64,000 nucleotides of DNA from Thermodesulfobacteriota bacterium (GCA_964291405.2 OZ219926.1:4576001-4640000); one strand, 5' to 3'. Shown: positions 8,924 through 19,031, numbered from the stretch's first letter. Numbers and translations: made by a program. The notes: generated by a model not told the origin, from the sequence alone.

Positions 8924-9760
8924 CTACTCAGTTGCTTCTTGAGCGACGCTGTCAGCCGCCCCTTCCGTCGCACTCATATCTTCTTCCGGTGGTGCAGCGG
9001 CTTCAGCCTCTGGCTCGGACATGGTTTCCTCGTCCATGGCTGCACCGCTCGCCAGGACTTCCTCGGTTGTTTCTGCCGCACTGGCGTCGCGACCGTTTGT
9101 TTCGGCAGGCGGCCAGCGCTCATCATACCAGGCCGCGTAGTCTTCCGGCGTATCGACGTAGAGCGTCCCTTTCATCCCCGAATGACCGAAGCCGCACAAC
9201 TCCGCACAGGGCGCCTCATAGATGCCAGCCTTATCCGCCTGGAACCAGGCTTCGATGAACCGGCCGGGCAGCATATCCTGCTTGAAGCGCAGGTGGGGCA
9301 TAAAGAGGCTGTGGATGACATCCTTGGAGCCCAAAAAGACGCGCACCGGCTTGCCCACCGGGACATGCATGTCATTGTCAACCTGATAGTCGTCGGCGGT
9401 TTCAAATTCTCCATCCGGCCCCGGATAGAGCACCTCCCAGTTGAACTGTTTCCCGGTGACGCGAATTTCTACGTCCGTTTCCGGAACGTTGAGCTTGACT
9501 TCCTCCCAGATGCTCTTGCTGGCGAGTCCCAAACCGATAAAGACCAGGGCGGGAATAATGGTCCAGAGGAGTTCCAGGCCGGAATGGCCATGCGTGTAGA
9601 CGGCGCGCCGGCTGTCGTCCCGTCGATACTGATAGAGGAAGATGATCATCAACGCCGTGACCAGGATAAAGGCGGCCGCGGTAATGTAATAAATAAAGTA
9701 GAAGAGCGCATCAATGCTTCCCCCGTATGGGGATACATCTTCCGGAAGCCATTGCATCAT
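8924..9760 (-). CDS. ctaC: cytochrome c oxidase subunit II (CuA), acidic tail, no fused cytochrome c
   Basis: LELLWTIIP, GKQFNW, DVIHS, CAELCGFGHSGM. Confidence 0.97.
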   Translation of the reverse strand: MMQWLPEDVSPYGGSIDALFYFIYYITAAAFILVTALMIIFLYQYRRDDSRRAVYTHGHSGLELLWTIIPALVFIGLGLASKSIWEEVKLNVPETDVEIRVTGKQFNWEVLYPGPDGEFETADDYQVDNDMHVPVGKPVRVFLGSKDVIHSLFMPHLRFKQDMLPGRFIEAWFQADKAGIYEAPCAELCGFGHSGMKGTLYVDTPEDYAAWYDERWPPAETNGRDASAAETTEEVLASGAAMDEETMSEPEAEAAAPPEEDMSATEGAADSVAQEATE

Positions 9761-9889
9761 AAGATTTCTTAGCCCCTTGTGTTGTGGAGAATTGTTCCTC
9801 TTTATACCGGAAAGCAGGGCTACCGCAAGGGGAGGGATGGTGGGCTGAATGCGTGTAAATGTAGGCGGAATATGACGTCCAGTGTCTCG

Positions 9890-9928
9890 GCGAGTCGGCT
9901 GTGAAAAGCCGGATCACAGCCGACTCGC
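9890..9928. promoter_or_regulatory. perfect 15-bp inverted repeat in the divergent cox/ferredoxin promoter region
   Basis: GCGAGTCGGCTGTGA-N9-TCACAGCCGACTCGC, with TTGACA at 9936-9941 just downstream. Confidence 0.55.
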
Positions 9929-9975
9929 TTCGATATTGACAACGACCCACGGACTCGATACTCCTCCTATCTATA

Positions 9976-10161
9976 ATGGTAAATAAAACAGGCTGGGATC
10001 AGTTTTTAGAAATCGTTCTGAAGCCCGACAACATCCCCATCGTGGGTTTGATGTTTTTGATCTTCTATTTTACCTGGCTGGCATTTCGCGAGGCGCGCAA
10101 AAACGATCAACTGATCGAAGAAGGCCGCGCCGACGAGATCTTGCGGGAGATGCAGAAGTAG
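9976..10161 (+). CDS. small membrane protein (KPDNIPIVG motif), resembles a segment of atypical bc-complex subunits
   Basis: 61 aa, one TM IPIVGLMFLIFYFTWLAF followed by ARKND; 13 bp from the next gene. Confidence 0.75.
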   Translation: MVNKTGWDQFLEIVLKPDNIPIVGLMFLIFYFTWLAFREARKNDQLIEEGRADEILREMQK

Positions 10162-10174
10162 GGAGGCGGACTGC

Positions 10175-10645
10175 ATGCCGTTTACTATCATCGCCGAGAA
10201 CTGTACGGGGTGCAGCGCGTGTGAACAGCGCTGTCCAACCAAAGCCATCAGTGGCGATCCCAAAAAAGCCTATCTGATTGAACCGACGATGTGCATCGAC
10301 TGCGGTGCGTGTGGGGTCATCTGCCCCGATGATGCCATCCTCGACACGTATGGCAATCTGACTCAGGTCCTCAAGCGGGTTGACCGCCCGATAGCCGTTG
10401 TCCATCAGGATAACTGCAACGGCTGCGGGGTGTGTATTGATGTCTGTCCTTTTGACTGCATCTCTCCCTCGGCCGACAACGGTCCGCAATACCTCGGTCG
10501 GGTGCAGGTCGAAGAGAAGACCTGTGTGGGCTGTAAGCTGTGTGAGGAGGTATGCGGTTGGGAAGGCATCTATATTATGCCGACCAGGGAAAAAGAGCCT
10601 TTCCTGACCTCGATTGGGGTCGAACTCGAAGAATCAACCGCATAG
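10175..10645 (+). CDS. 4x[4Fe-4S] polyferredoxin
   Basis: Four CxxCxxCxxxC motifs; GGAGG RBS. Confidence 0.93.
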   Translation: MPFTIIAENCTGCSACEQRCPTKAISGDPKKAYLIEPTMCIDCGACGVICPDDAILDTYGNLTQVLKRVDRPIAVVHQDNCNGCGVCIDVCPFDCISPSADNGPQYLGRVQVEEKTCVGCKLCEEVCGWEGIYIMPTREKEPFLTSIGVELEESTA

Positions 10646-10675
10646 CCGACCGTTTCACCCGTCGGCAGATATTTT

Positions 10676-11548
10676 TCAGATAATCTTGTTGAGCGGATAC
10701 TCGATAATGCCGACCGCTCCGTTTTGAATGAGCTGGGGAATCAGCTCACGGACAATCCCTTCGTCAATCACGCTTTCCACGGCGAACCACTCGGACTCAT
10801 ACAGGGGCGAGACGGTTGGGGCGGTCAGGCTCGGCAGCATTTTGACAATACGGTCAAGATGCTCCTTGGGCACGTTCATCTTGAGGCCGACTTTCGCTTC
10901 TGCGCTTAGGGCGCCCTTCAGCAGCAGGGCAATCTGGTTGATCTTCTCTCGCTTTTTCTCATCCTGCATGGCCCGTTTATTGGCAATAAGCTGCGGGTTG
11001 GAGCGAAACAGCTCGTGAATGATCTTGAGCCCGTGGGCACGAATGGTTGAGCCTGATTCGGTCACTTCAACAATGGCGTCAACCAGGCCATCGGCGGCCT
11101 TGGCCTCGGTCGCTCCCCAGGAAAATTCGACCTCGACCCGGATGCCCCGTTCGTCGAAATAGCGCTTGGTATAATGCACCAGCTCGGTCGCAATTCTTTT
11201 CCCGTTCAGATCGTTGATATCTCGAATGGGCGAGTCCTGAGGAATGGCGAGCACCCAGCGCGTCGGCTGAAAGCTGGCTTTGGAGTACACCAGGTCGATA
11301 ATGGGCTCGACATCGGAGTTGTTCTCCATGATCCAGTCTTTACCGGTGATCCCGGCATCCAGGGTCCCGGACTCGACATACCGTGCCATTTCCTGAGCCC
11401 GGACCAGCGCGCAGCGCAGGGTCGGGTCATCAATACTGGGGAAATAGCTACGCGAGCTGGTCGATACTTTCCAACCCGACTTTTTGAAGAGCTCAACCGT
11501 CGTTGCCTCCAGACTTCCTTTGGGAAGTCCAAGCCTCAAAATTTCCAT
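10676..11548 (-). CDS. hisG: ATP phosphoribosyltransferase, long form
   Basis: [48 protein letters not shown]; true start MEILRL. Confidence 0.97.
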   Translation of the reverse strand: MEILRLGLPKGSLEATTVELFKKSGWKVSTSSRSYFPSIDDPTLRCALVRAQEMARYVESGTLDAGITGKDWIMENNSDVEPIIDLVYSKASFQPTRWVLAIPQDSPIRDINDLNGKRIATELVHYTKRYFDERGIRVEVEFSWGATEAKAADGLVDAIVEVTESGSTIRAHGLKIIHELFRSNPQLIANKRAMQDEKKREKINQIALLLKGALSAEAKVGLKMNVPKEHLDRIVKMLPSLTAPTVSPLYESEWFAVESVIDEGIVRELIPQLIQNGAVGIIEYPLNKII

Positions 11549-11873
11549 ATCGTCTCTTTTACTAACCCTGTGGTGTTTGGATTTTTGTGTGGTGTGTGAC
11601 AGCCCGATACGTCCGCTCCGACGGATGGGGCCTGTCCCGGCCTGACGCAAGTCTGTTGGTTTCTTGCCCGCATCTCCTACCACAACGGACCGTCTGCCGC
11701 AAGTAAAGTGCTCCGCCGAGGGTGGCTGAAAAGCGGCTCGTTCCATTATTGGGCCAGGGGGGAGTGAGAAGCACCGCAATAGGCGTTCTCCTGTGTCTTT
11801 GCTACATATAGCGCGGCAACGAATGGAATATGTCTGAACCGCACCAAACGCGGCATAGCGGGAGATGATACTT

Positions 11874-12899
11874 ATGAAGCTGTCTGAGATTGCCGAACGC
11901 CTCCAGTGTGAACTGCACGGGAACACCGACCCGGTGATTGCCGACCTCAAGCCTATAGACGAGGCCGGTCCCCAAGACCTGACCTTTGTCAGCAATAAAA
12001 AATATTTTGCAAAATTACCGACAACACGAGCCGCGGCCGTTATTCTGTCGGTCGACGCTCCATCCGTGCCGCTGCCCTCGCTGCGTATCGACAGTCCCGA
12101 CCTTGCTGTCGCCCAGGTGCTGGGGTGGTTATATCCGCCGTATGAACCGCCTGAAGGCGTCCATCCCACGGCTGTTGTCTCTCCCTCTGCCCGCATCGGC
12201 GCGCATGCCTTCATTGGCCCCTATGCGGTGATTGGTGATGATGTCGTGATCGGCGCGCATGCGCGTATCTTCGCCCATGTGGTGATTTATCCCGAGGTGA
12301 ACATTGGTCATCACTTTACGGCCCATGCCGGGGCGATCGTGCGTGAACGCGTGGTGATCGGCAATCATGTGGTCCTGCAGAGCGGTGTGGTCGTTGGCGG
12401 AGACGGATTTGGCTATGTCCCGCTGCCCGACGGGTCGATTATGTCCAAGCCGCAGGCCGGTATCGTTGAGTTGCAGGACGAGGTCGAGCTGGGCGCCAAC
12501 ACGACGATTGATCGGGCCACCGTAGGGACAACGCGTGTACGGAAGGGAACCAAGATCGACAACCTGGTGCAAATCGGCCATGGCTCGGATGTTGGCGAGT
12601 ACGCTTTTATCTGTGCCCAGGCCGGCCTTGCCGGCAGTACGACGCTGGAGGACCGGGTCCAACTCGGCGGACAGGTTGGTGTGGCTGGTCATCTCACGGT
12701 TGGTAAGAATACGATGGTGGTGGCCCAGAGCGGCATTCCCAACGATGTCCCGGCGAATAGTGTCATCGGAGGCTATCCGGCGGTGAATGTCCTTTCCTGG
12801 AGACGGACTTCTGCTGCCCTGCCCAAGCTGCCGGAACTGCTACGCAGGGTCCGGAAACTGGAACAGGCGTTGGCCGCCTTACAGAAAGAAGCAGAATAA
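11874..12899 (+). CDS. lpxD: UDP-3-O-(3-hydroxyacyl)glucosamine N-acyltransferase
   Basis: LTFVSNKKY, hexapeptide repeats, [28 protein letters not shown]. Confidence 0.97.
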   Translation: MKLSEIAERLQCELHGNTDPVIADLKPIDEAGPQDLTFVSNKKYFAKLPTTRAAAVILSVDAPSVPLPSLRIDSPDLAVAQVLGWLYPPYEPPEGVHPTAVVSPSARIGAHAFIGPYAVIGDDVVIGAHARIFAHVVIYPEVNIGHHFTAHAGAIVRERVVIGNHVVLQSGVVVGGDGFGYVPLPDGSIMSKPQAGIVELQDEVELGANTTIDRATVGTTRVRKGTKIDNLVQIGHGSDVGEYAFICAQAGLAGSTTLEDRVQLGGQVGVAGHLTVGKNTMVVAQSGIPNDVPANSVIGGYPAVNVLSWRRTSAALPKLPELLRRVRKLEQALAALQKEAE

Positions 12900-12901
12900 C
12901 G

Positions 12902-15133
12902 ATGTGGGAGAGCGATGGTCTGGCTACATCGGATGCAACGGCCACGGGCGACGTAGCGCAGCTCTGGTTGTTCACAGCAACGATATTTGTTGGCGCGACG
13001 CTCCTGTTCCTGGTTCAGCCGCTGTTCGCAAAAATGGTGTTGCCCCTGCTCGGAGGCTCACCGTCGGTCTGGAATACTGCCCTGGTGTTTTTTCAGGCCG
13101 TGCTGCTGGCCGGGTATGGATATGCGCATTGGCTTATGCGATGGCTCGGTCAGCGCAACCAGATCATTGTGCATGGCTGCGTGCTGGCTATGGCGGCTCT
13201 TGTGCTGCCCATTGGCGTCGCTTCAGGCTGGCGACCCCACGCCGGGACGCCACCGGCAGTGTGGCTGCTAGGTCTTCTCACCGTCTCGGTCGGCGCACCA
13301 TTCTTTGCCGTTTCCGCAACCGCACCGCTGATCCAGCGGTGGTTTGCGCGTACCGGCCATCCGCATGCGCACGATCCCTATTTTCTCTATAGCGCGAGTA
13401 ATCTTGGCAGCGTACTCGCCCTGTTGGCGTTTCCGTTTGTCTTGGAACCCACGCTCAGCAGCAATGATCAGAGTATTGTCTGGAGTATTGGTTTCGGGGT
13501 CTTGACGGTGTGCATCATTGGTTGTGGCGTCTTGGTGTGGCGACGTACCGACGCGGCGAGCATCTCGCCTTGGCCGCATGCAACGGCGCGCCCGAACTGG
13601 CGTCAGCGCGCGACCTGGATGGTCTATGCTGCGGTGCCCTCCGCTCTCTTGCTTGGTGTCACCACCCATATTAGTACGGACATCGCTGCTGCCCCGCTGC
13701 TGTGGGTGGTACCACTGACGCTCTATCTGCTCACGTTCGCTATTGCCTTTGCCCGGCATCCGTTGATCCCGCATTGGCTTGCGGTACGGGCCATGCCTCT
13801 GGCGTTGATGGTCCTGGTAGCGCTCTTCGTTTGGCGTGAACCTATCGGCGTTTTCCTGCCGCTGCACCTGCTGGTGTTCTTCGTCATCGCGCTCATGTGC
13901 CACGGCGAGCTCGTGCGTCATCGTCCTGACGTGGAATCTCTGACCGAATTCTATCTGTTTCTCTCACTCGGCGGTGTCATGGGCGGTGCGTTTGTTGCCT
14001 TATGCGCGCCAGTGCTGTTCAACACCGTCTTCGAGTATCCGCTGAGCCTGACGCTGGCCGCAGCGCTATTACCCAGTGCAACCCCGCGGGCCAACCGCGC
14101 CGATGTCATCTTGGCGCTGGTGATACTGGCCGTGTTGGTTGGCGGGAAAATAGTGGCCAGTGGTCTTGGCTGGCAGCCCCACACGTTCGTGGTCCCCAGT
14201 ATATGCGCGGTTTTCGCGCTGGTCGCCTTCGCCCGCCAAACACGCCCGTTCGGCTTTGCGCTGTGCGTTGGTGTACTTTTGGTCAGTAGCGCGTACGCCC
14301 TGACGAGCAGCGAGGTTCTGTGGCGGGGGCGTAGCTTCTTTGGCGTCTACCGTATCTCCGAGTCTGGTGACCCGACTAACCGTAGTCTGGTCCACGGCAC
14401 GACCAATCATGGCGGCCAACTGATGGCGGCTAACGGGGATGTTAGCCCGACCGCCTATTACACGTCTTCGAGTCCGGTCACTGAGGTGCTGGTCACCGTG
14501 CAAGCGCGCAGTGTCGGGCAGCGTGTCGGCGTGGTCGGTCTGGGGAGTGGCGCGCTGGCCTGCTACCGTCGCGCTGGCGACACGTGGCGTTTTTTCGAGA
14601 TCGACCCGCTGATGGTCTGGATAGCGGTCGAGAGTGGCTACTTCGACCTGATGACCCGCTGTGCCGAGTCCGTATCCGAGTCCGTGCCTGTCGTGCTCGG
14701 CGATGCACGCCTGACCCTGACTGAGGAACCCGACGGGCGCTTGGACGTGCTGGTTATTGACGCATTCTCATCCGATGCAATCCCGATACACCTGCTGACT
14801 CGTGAAGCCGTCGCGCTGTATATGGACAAGCTTGCTGCGGATGGCGTCCTGGTAACGCATATATCGAACCGTTTTCTTAATCTGACCCCGGTGCTCGCCG
14901 GCATTGTTGAGGAACTGGGCTATGCGGCGCTGCGGGGTAGCAGCGGTAAGATTGACCGTGAGATCGACCCTGCGGGAACGAAGTCAGTCTGGGTGCTGAT
15001 CGCTCGTGACCAAGCGACGATCGATGCGCTTGCGCTGGGCGAGATGTGGGGGCCGCTCGAAACGCCGACGGACGGACGGGTGTGGAGCGACGATTTCTCC
15101 AACCTGCTCGAAGTCATTCGCTGGACCGGTTGA
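12902..15133 (+). CDS. fused membrane (MFS-like)/spermidine synthase-like SAM-binding protein
   Basis: LLFLVQP, LGGSPSVW, LYSASNLGS, CHGEL, HGTTNHG, GLGSG, FEIDP, DAFSSDAIPIHLLTREA, WSDDFSNL. Confidence 0.9.
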   Translation: MWESDGLATSDATATGDVAQLWLFTATIFVGATLLFLVQPLFAKMVLPLLGGSPSVWNTALVFFQAVLLAGYGYAHWLMRWLGQRNQIIVHGCVLAMAALVLPIGVASGWRPHAGTPPAVWLLGLLTVSVGAPFFAVSATAPLIQRWFARTGHPHAHDPYFLYSASNLGSVLALLAFPFVLEPTLSSNDQSIVWSIGFGVLTVCIIGCGVLVWRRTDAASISPWPHATARPNWRQRATWMVYAAVPSALLLGVTTHISTDIAAAPLLWVVPLTLYLLTFAIAFARHPLIPHWLAVRAMPLALMVLVALFVWREPIGVFLPLHLLVFFVIALMCHGELVRHRPDVESLTEFYLFLSLGGVMGGAFVALCAPVLFNTVFEYPLSLTLAAALLPSATPRANRADVILALVILAVLVGGKIVASGLGWQPHTFVVPSICAVFALVAFARQTRPFGFALCVGVLLVSSAYALTSSEVLWRGRSFFGVYRISESGDPTNRSLVHGTTNHGGQLMAANGDVSPTAYYTSSSPVTEVLVTVQARSVGQRVGVVGLGSGALACYRRAGDTWRFFEIDPLMVWIAVESGYFDLMTRCAESVSESVPVVLGDARLTLTEEPDGRLDVLVIDAFSSDAIPIHLLTREAVALYMDKLAADGVLVTHISNRFLNLTPVLAGIVEELGYAALRGSSGKIDREIDPAGTKSVWVLIARDQATIDALALGEMWGPLETPTDGRVWSDDFSNLLEVIRWTG

Positions 15134-15149
15134 CGTGGCGGACAGGAGA

Positions 15150-16067
15150 TCAGGGCCGTTTCGTGACGTCGATGCCAATCCCGCCTAACATGACCGGGCT
15201 GCCCCAGGGGTCAACGATAGGAAATTTGCTCACCAGCCATTCCTGCGGACCGTCAGGGTAGGGAACCGTCTCTGTCAGTTGTTCGCTCTGTCCGTTGGTG
15301 AGGACACGCTGATCGTTTGCTCGAACCTGTTCCGCCACGTCGGGCGGAAAAAGGTCGAAGTCAGTCTGGCCGAGCCAGGTGAGGGTCTTGTCCGAGAGCA
15401 GGGTCTTCCACAGATTCACCAAAGTCTCATTCGCGTACAAATAGTGCCCCTCCAGGTCTTTGATAAAGGCGACGCCGGGCAAGTGGTGGAGGAACAGAGA
15501 CAGACGTTCTTCCGTTTGCTGGAGCGTTTCTTCGATATGTTTGCGCTCCGTAATGTCCAGGGTTGCGCCATCAATACGGGTCGGCTGGCCATCCGGTCTG
15601 ACGCGGGCCCGCGCCCGCGAACGGAGCCACTTAATGCTGCCGTCTTGCGTGACGATGCGAAATTCATATTCGGTTGTTTGTTCGGGGGGGAGGGATTGGA
15701 GGGTCTGTGTCACCTTCGCTAAGTCATCCGGATGAATATACTGTTGGAGCGGATTGGGTTTACCGATAAGTGTCTTGGTGGCGTACCCGGTGATCCGGGT
15801 AAAACTCTCAGTCAGCCAGTCCAGGATGAAGCGGTCTTGGTCATTGACGCGAAAGGAGAACGCATAATCAAAGGCCGATTCGTTAATGACCCGCTGTCGT
15901 GCTTCACTCTCGCGTAAGGCGGCCTCCGTCTGTTGGTGTTCGGTTTCAATCGCTTCGAGCTGCGCCACCCGATTGCGCAGGGCGGATATTTCCTGCTCAA
16001 GCGCGGCTCTGGGTTTTCTCGCCGTGCTCATGCTCTTCGTCTTACTCTCTTTGCTCGTCCTGCCCAT
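15150..16067 (-). pseudogene. tandem PAS/PAC sensor lacking any output domain (probably truncated)
   Basis: Coiled coil, ALRESE, IHPDD, DGSIKWL, DITERK, second PAS ending GIGIDVTKRP-stop. Confidence 0.65.
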
Positions 16068-16187
16068 CGTATTCAGAGTCCGCTTTTTCGTCAGGCTGGG
16101 CTCACCCTCCTCTCCCTATAGACCAATCCATCTAGTGAAGTAAAGAAAAACTCCACCGGGCCTCAAGGGACGAGAAGAAAAGCAGCA

Positions 16188-16211
16188 GAGTCAGCGGAAA
16201 ATCGCTGACTC
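16188..16211 (-). terminator. probable terminator after the CBS gene
   Basis: GAGTCAGCG-N6-CGCTGACTC, followed on the minus strand by TGCTGCTTTTC. Confidence 0.5.
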
Positions 16212-16251
16212 GCTAGACTGCAGCCTAGATATCTGGAAAAGAGCGCCTCGG

Positions 16252-16830
16252 TCAGGCACCCTCCCGCTGGCCTGGATGCAGCAGGTTGGGCCGCGGCGGG
16301 AGGGTCAGAACTTCCTCGGAAAAGAACTCGGCGAGATATTGAACGATATGCTTGACGGATAACAGCCCGACCGGCTGCCCATCATCATCAACAAGCGGCA
16401 GCCGCCGGAATGCGCCCTCTCCCATGAGGTTGAGGGCAAAGGCAATGGGCGCATCAACGACGAGAGTTTCCGGGTCAGGTGTCATGACACTCTCGACCAG
16501 GGTCTGATTCAGGTCCAGTCGAGGCCCGATCACACGGTTCAACAGGTCCCGTTCTGTAAAGATGCCGATAATGGCCTGTTCTTGTCGGACGAGTACACAG
16601 CCAATTTTGTTCTCTCGCATCTGGGCAATGGCATCTGAGACCGTTGTCTTTGGATCAACAATCACCAACGGGACATACGGCAGCCTGCTGATCGGCTCGT
16701 TCAGCAGGCTCTCATCCAGCCGCTTGCTCGGTTCGGAGAGGCGCTCCGTTATAGTCTGCTCTTCCTCTACGAGGCCCTCGCCGGGGTAGGCGTCCGTATC
16801 GACTTGGTGTGAGGCTTTTACCTGTGCCAT
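16252..16830 (-). CDS. CBS-pair protein
   Basis: IGCVLV, GIFTERD, VMTPDP, FRRLPLVD, GLLS. Confidence 0.92.
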   Translation of the reverse strand: MAQVKASHQVDTDAYPGEGLVEEEQTITERLSEPSKRLDESLLNEPISRLPYVPLVIVDPKTTVSDAIAQMRENKIGCVLVRQEQAIIGIFTERDLLNRVIGPRLDLNQTLVESVMTPDPETLVVDAPIAFALNLMGEGAFRRLPLVDDDGQPVGLLSVKHIVQYLAEFFSEEVLTLPPRPNLLHPGQREGA

Positions 16831-16930
16831 AAGTTTCCCTCCTCGACATGAGAATGTCTCAGGCATTCCTTAGCACCGAGTTAGAGATAAATACAAGAAA
16901 AAATGGAGGTACCTCCGGTTGCCCTGTTCT

Positions 16931-16965
16931 CCTCACCCCAGCCCTCTCCCCCAAGGGAAGAGGGC
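16931..16965. repeat. REP-like element (CCCTCACCCCAGCCCTCTCCC..GGGAGAGG class)
   Basis: CCTCACCCCAGCCCTCTCCCCCAAGGGAAGAGGGC just after the phaC stop. Confidence 0.6.
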
Positions 16966-16972
16966 GTAATTC

Positions 16973-18058
16973 TTAATGGCCAACGGCTTCATCCCGTTCT
17001 CGCAACCAGGAGACGACCTGGGGCCAGAGTTTTTTCTGCGCACCCGAACTGACGGCGGCGCCGATATGACCAGTCGGGAACACGATCGTGCCGGCGTCCG
17101 GGCTGCCGACCAGGTCCTCCAACGGCAGGCTGGATTTGGGATGAACAACATCGTCGTGTTCACCGATCACGTTGAGGACAGGACAGGTGATGTCTTTGAG
17201 GTTGGCCCGGCGCGACCCGACCTGCATCCGGTTTTTCATAATCAGGTTGTGGCGTGAGATATCACCGGCCATCTCTTTAAAGATTTGACCGGCCATGGGC
17301 ACATCACTATTCATCCAGTGCTCGAAGAGCTCGAACATCTCCGCGTAGCCCTTCTGATCCTTGCTTCGATACAGGCCGACATATTTGTCCAGGGCGTGGT
17401 GGACTGGCGCCATGGCGTCGAAGTTGGCCTTCATAAACCACGCCGGACAGTTGCCGTACACACTGGTGACGAGGTCTATGGTCTGCGGTGAGATTTTGCT
17501 CATCAACTGCTGGCTGGGGAGATCCTGCACGCTCATGTCGAGGGGCAGGGTAAAATCGATCAGGTTTTTGATCTGCTGCGGAAAGAGGGCCGTATACAGC
17601 GTGGTCAGCAGCCCGCCAAAGCAATAGCCGAGGAGCGAGACCTGGTCGCTGCCGTCCCGTTCTTGGATCGCGCGCACCGCGTTGCCGAGGTCGCCATTCA
17701 CATAGGCGTCAAAGCCGCGCCAACTATCCGCCCGCGTCGGCGGAATCCAGTCGATGAAATACACGTCTACGCCGTGTTTGGTCAACGTTTCGACCACGCT
17801 CCGACCCGGCAACAGATCGAGGATGAACGGGCGTTTTATCAGGGAATAGACCAGCAGTAACGGCGTGCGCAGCCGTTGCCCTTGGGCCGGATAGTGTCGC
17901 AGGCGTACCTTGCCACCCTCGTAGACCACCGTATAGGGCGTGGTCGGCGGTGGATCTTCATCAACGGGATACTCATCCATGAAACCGCGCCGCCAGCCTT
18001 CGAGGGACCGGACCGCCCCTTCCATCCAATATTGTGAGACCTCAGTAAATACTGACAT
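16973..18058 (-). CDS. phaC: class III-type polyhydroxyalkanoate synthase catalytic subunit
   Basis: PLLLVYSLIKRPFILDL, LLGYCFGG lipase box (Cys), EHDDVV (Asp), TGHIG (His). Confidence 0.88.
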   Translation of the reverse strand: MSVFTEVSQYWMEGAVRSLEGWRRGFMDEYPVDEDPPPTTPYTVVYEGGKVRLRHYPAQGQRLRTPLLLVYSLIKRPFILDLLPGRSVVETLTKHGVDVYFIDWIPPTRADSWRGFDAYVNGDLGNAVRAIQERDGSDQVSLLGYCFGGLLTTLYTALFPQQIKNLIDFTLPLDMSVQDLPSQQLMSKISPQTIDLVTSVYGNCPAWFMKANFDAMAPVHHALDKYVGLYRSKDQKGYAEMFELFEHWMNSDVPMAGQIFKEMAGDISRHNLIMKNRMQVGSRRANLKDITCPVLNVIGEHDDVVHPKSSLPLEDLVGSPDAGTIVFPTGHIGAAVSSGAQKKLWPQVVSWLRERDEAVGH

Positions 18059-18146
18059 GACGACCTCCTCAGACCGAGAGTATGACTGTGCTTATTTCAA
18101 CTTTCCCCACGATACGCTGTCCGATGAAGGGTGCAAAGAAAACACC

Positions 18147-18213
18147 TGTCACCTATGTGACGGAAGCCTGTCTTTCTTGTGGACTATGTCGAATTTCTGT
18201 CACCTGGGTAACA
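18147..18213. promoter_or_regulatory. two palindromic TGTCAC-N4-GTRAC sites upstream of phaC
   Basis: TGTCACCTATGTGACG (18147-18162) and TGTCACCTGGGTAACA (18198-18213). Confidence 0.55.
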
Positions 18214-18444
18214 GTTTCTGGCTCAACACCTGCCTTCTTAATGAGAGAGTGAGCAAGATGTGGGCCGAAACTCAGAAATGTCTGAACGGACCGAAAAGAC
18301 TGGATTTTTAGTCTCAGAGTCGGGAACAGGCAGCGCGGCTGCATAAAAACTCAGCACTGCCTGCTGATCTGGAAACGTGTTGCCCAGAAGGAGCCCAGTG
18401 ACATCACACTGGGCTGTCCCTGTTTTGAAGGCCTGACGGTCTTA

Positions 18445-18924
18445 TTATGGAGCGAACTTATACGACTCCAGGGGAGAGTAGTCCATGCCGAGGATGACCC
18501 ATTTCCCGTCGAGCTTGGTATAGGTGAAGATATAGCGACCGTGCGCATAGGTCATCTTGCCGCCTTGGGGTGTCGCGGCGAGCTGGTAGTGGCCCCAAGC
18601 CAGGGCGGTGGTCCCGACAATGCGGAACTGTGGTGTGACCGGGGAGAGTTCGGCTTCTTCATACTGGCCAAAATATGCCTGAACGGCTTTTTGAAAATCA
18701 GCCCTGCCCTGGACCGGAAACGGAGAGAAAATACCGTACAGAACAACATCATCGTGGACAGTCGCGACCGCGGCGTCCAGCTCTCGATTGTTGAGCGCGT
18801 CAATTTGCGTAGTGAAAGCCGATTTGAGCGCGTCCATGTCCTCATCAGCCTTCACGCTCGAAGAAAAGCAGAGGATGGTCAGGAGTAGTGAAAAAAGGCC
18901 GGCCCGTGCACAATACTTCAACAT
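18445..18924 (-). CDS. exported NTF2/SnoaL-like (DUF4440-type) protein
   Basis: Signal peptide; VHDDVVLY, ALAWGHY, GRYIFTYTKLDGKWVI. Confidence 0.8.
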   Translation of the reverse strand: MLKYCARAGLFSLLLTILCFSSSVKADEDMDALKSAFTTQIDALNNRELDAAVATVHDDVVLYGIFSPFPVQGRADFQKAVQAYFGQYEEAELSPVTPQFRIVGTTALAWGHYQLAATPQGGKMTYAHGRYIFTYTKLDGKWVILGMDYSPLESYKFAP

Positions 18925-19031
18925 TCGCTCTATCCCTCCACACACGATGATACCGCTGCAATATCACTTTGTCTCATGACAAAAAAGGTCGGGCGCGTCT
19001 TACCCAGTTCTCAACCCCCAACTCCTACCCC

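Noticed and set aside
8876-9772. 298-aa plus-strand ORF
   Set aside because: Antisense to cox2; typical high-GC shadow frame
9711-9950. 79-aa minus ORF upstream of cox2 with a GGAGGAG upstream
   Set aside because: Overlaps the cox2 start out of frame, spans the inverted repeat, and has non-protein-like composition
11549-12214. 222-aa N-terminal extension on HisG in the ORF track
   Set aside because: Runs antisense into lpxD; HisG homology starts at MEILRL (11548)
15100-15152. Selenocysteine or readthrough at the PAS gene TGA
   Set aside because: The downstream frame closes after about 11 codons inside the convergent gene and shows no domain continuation
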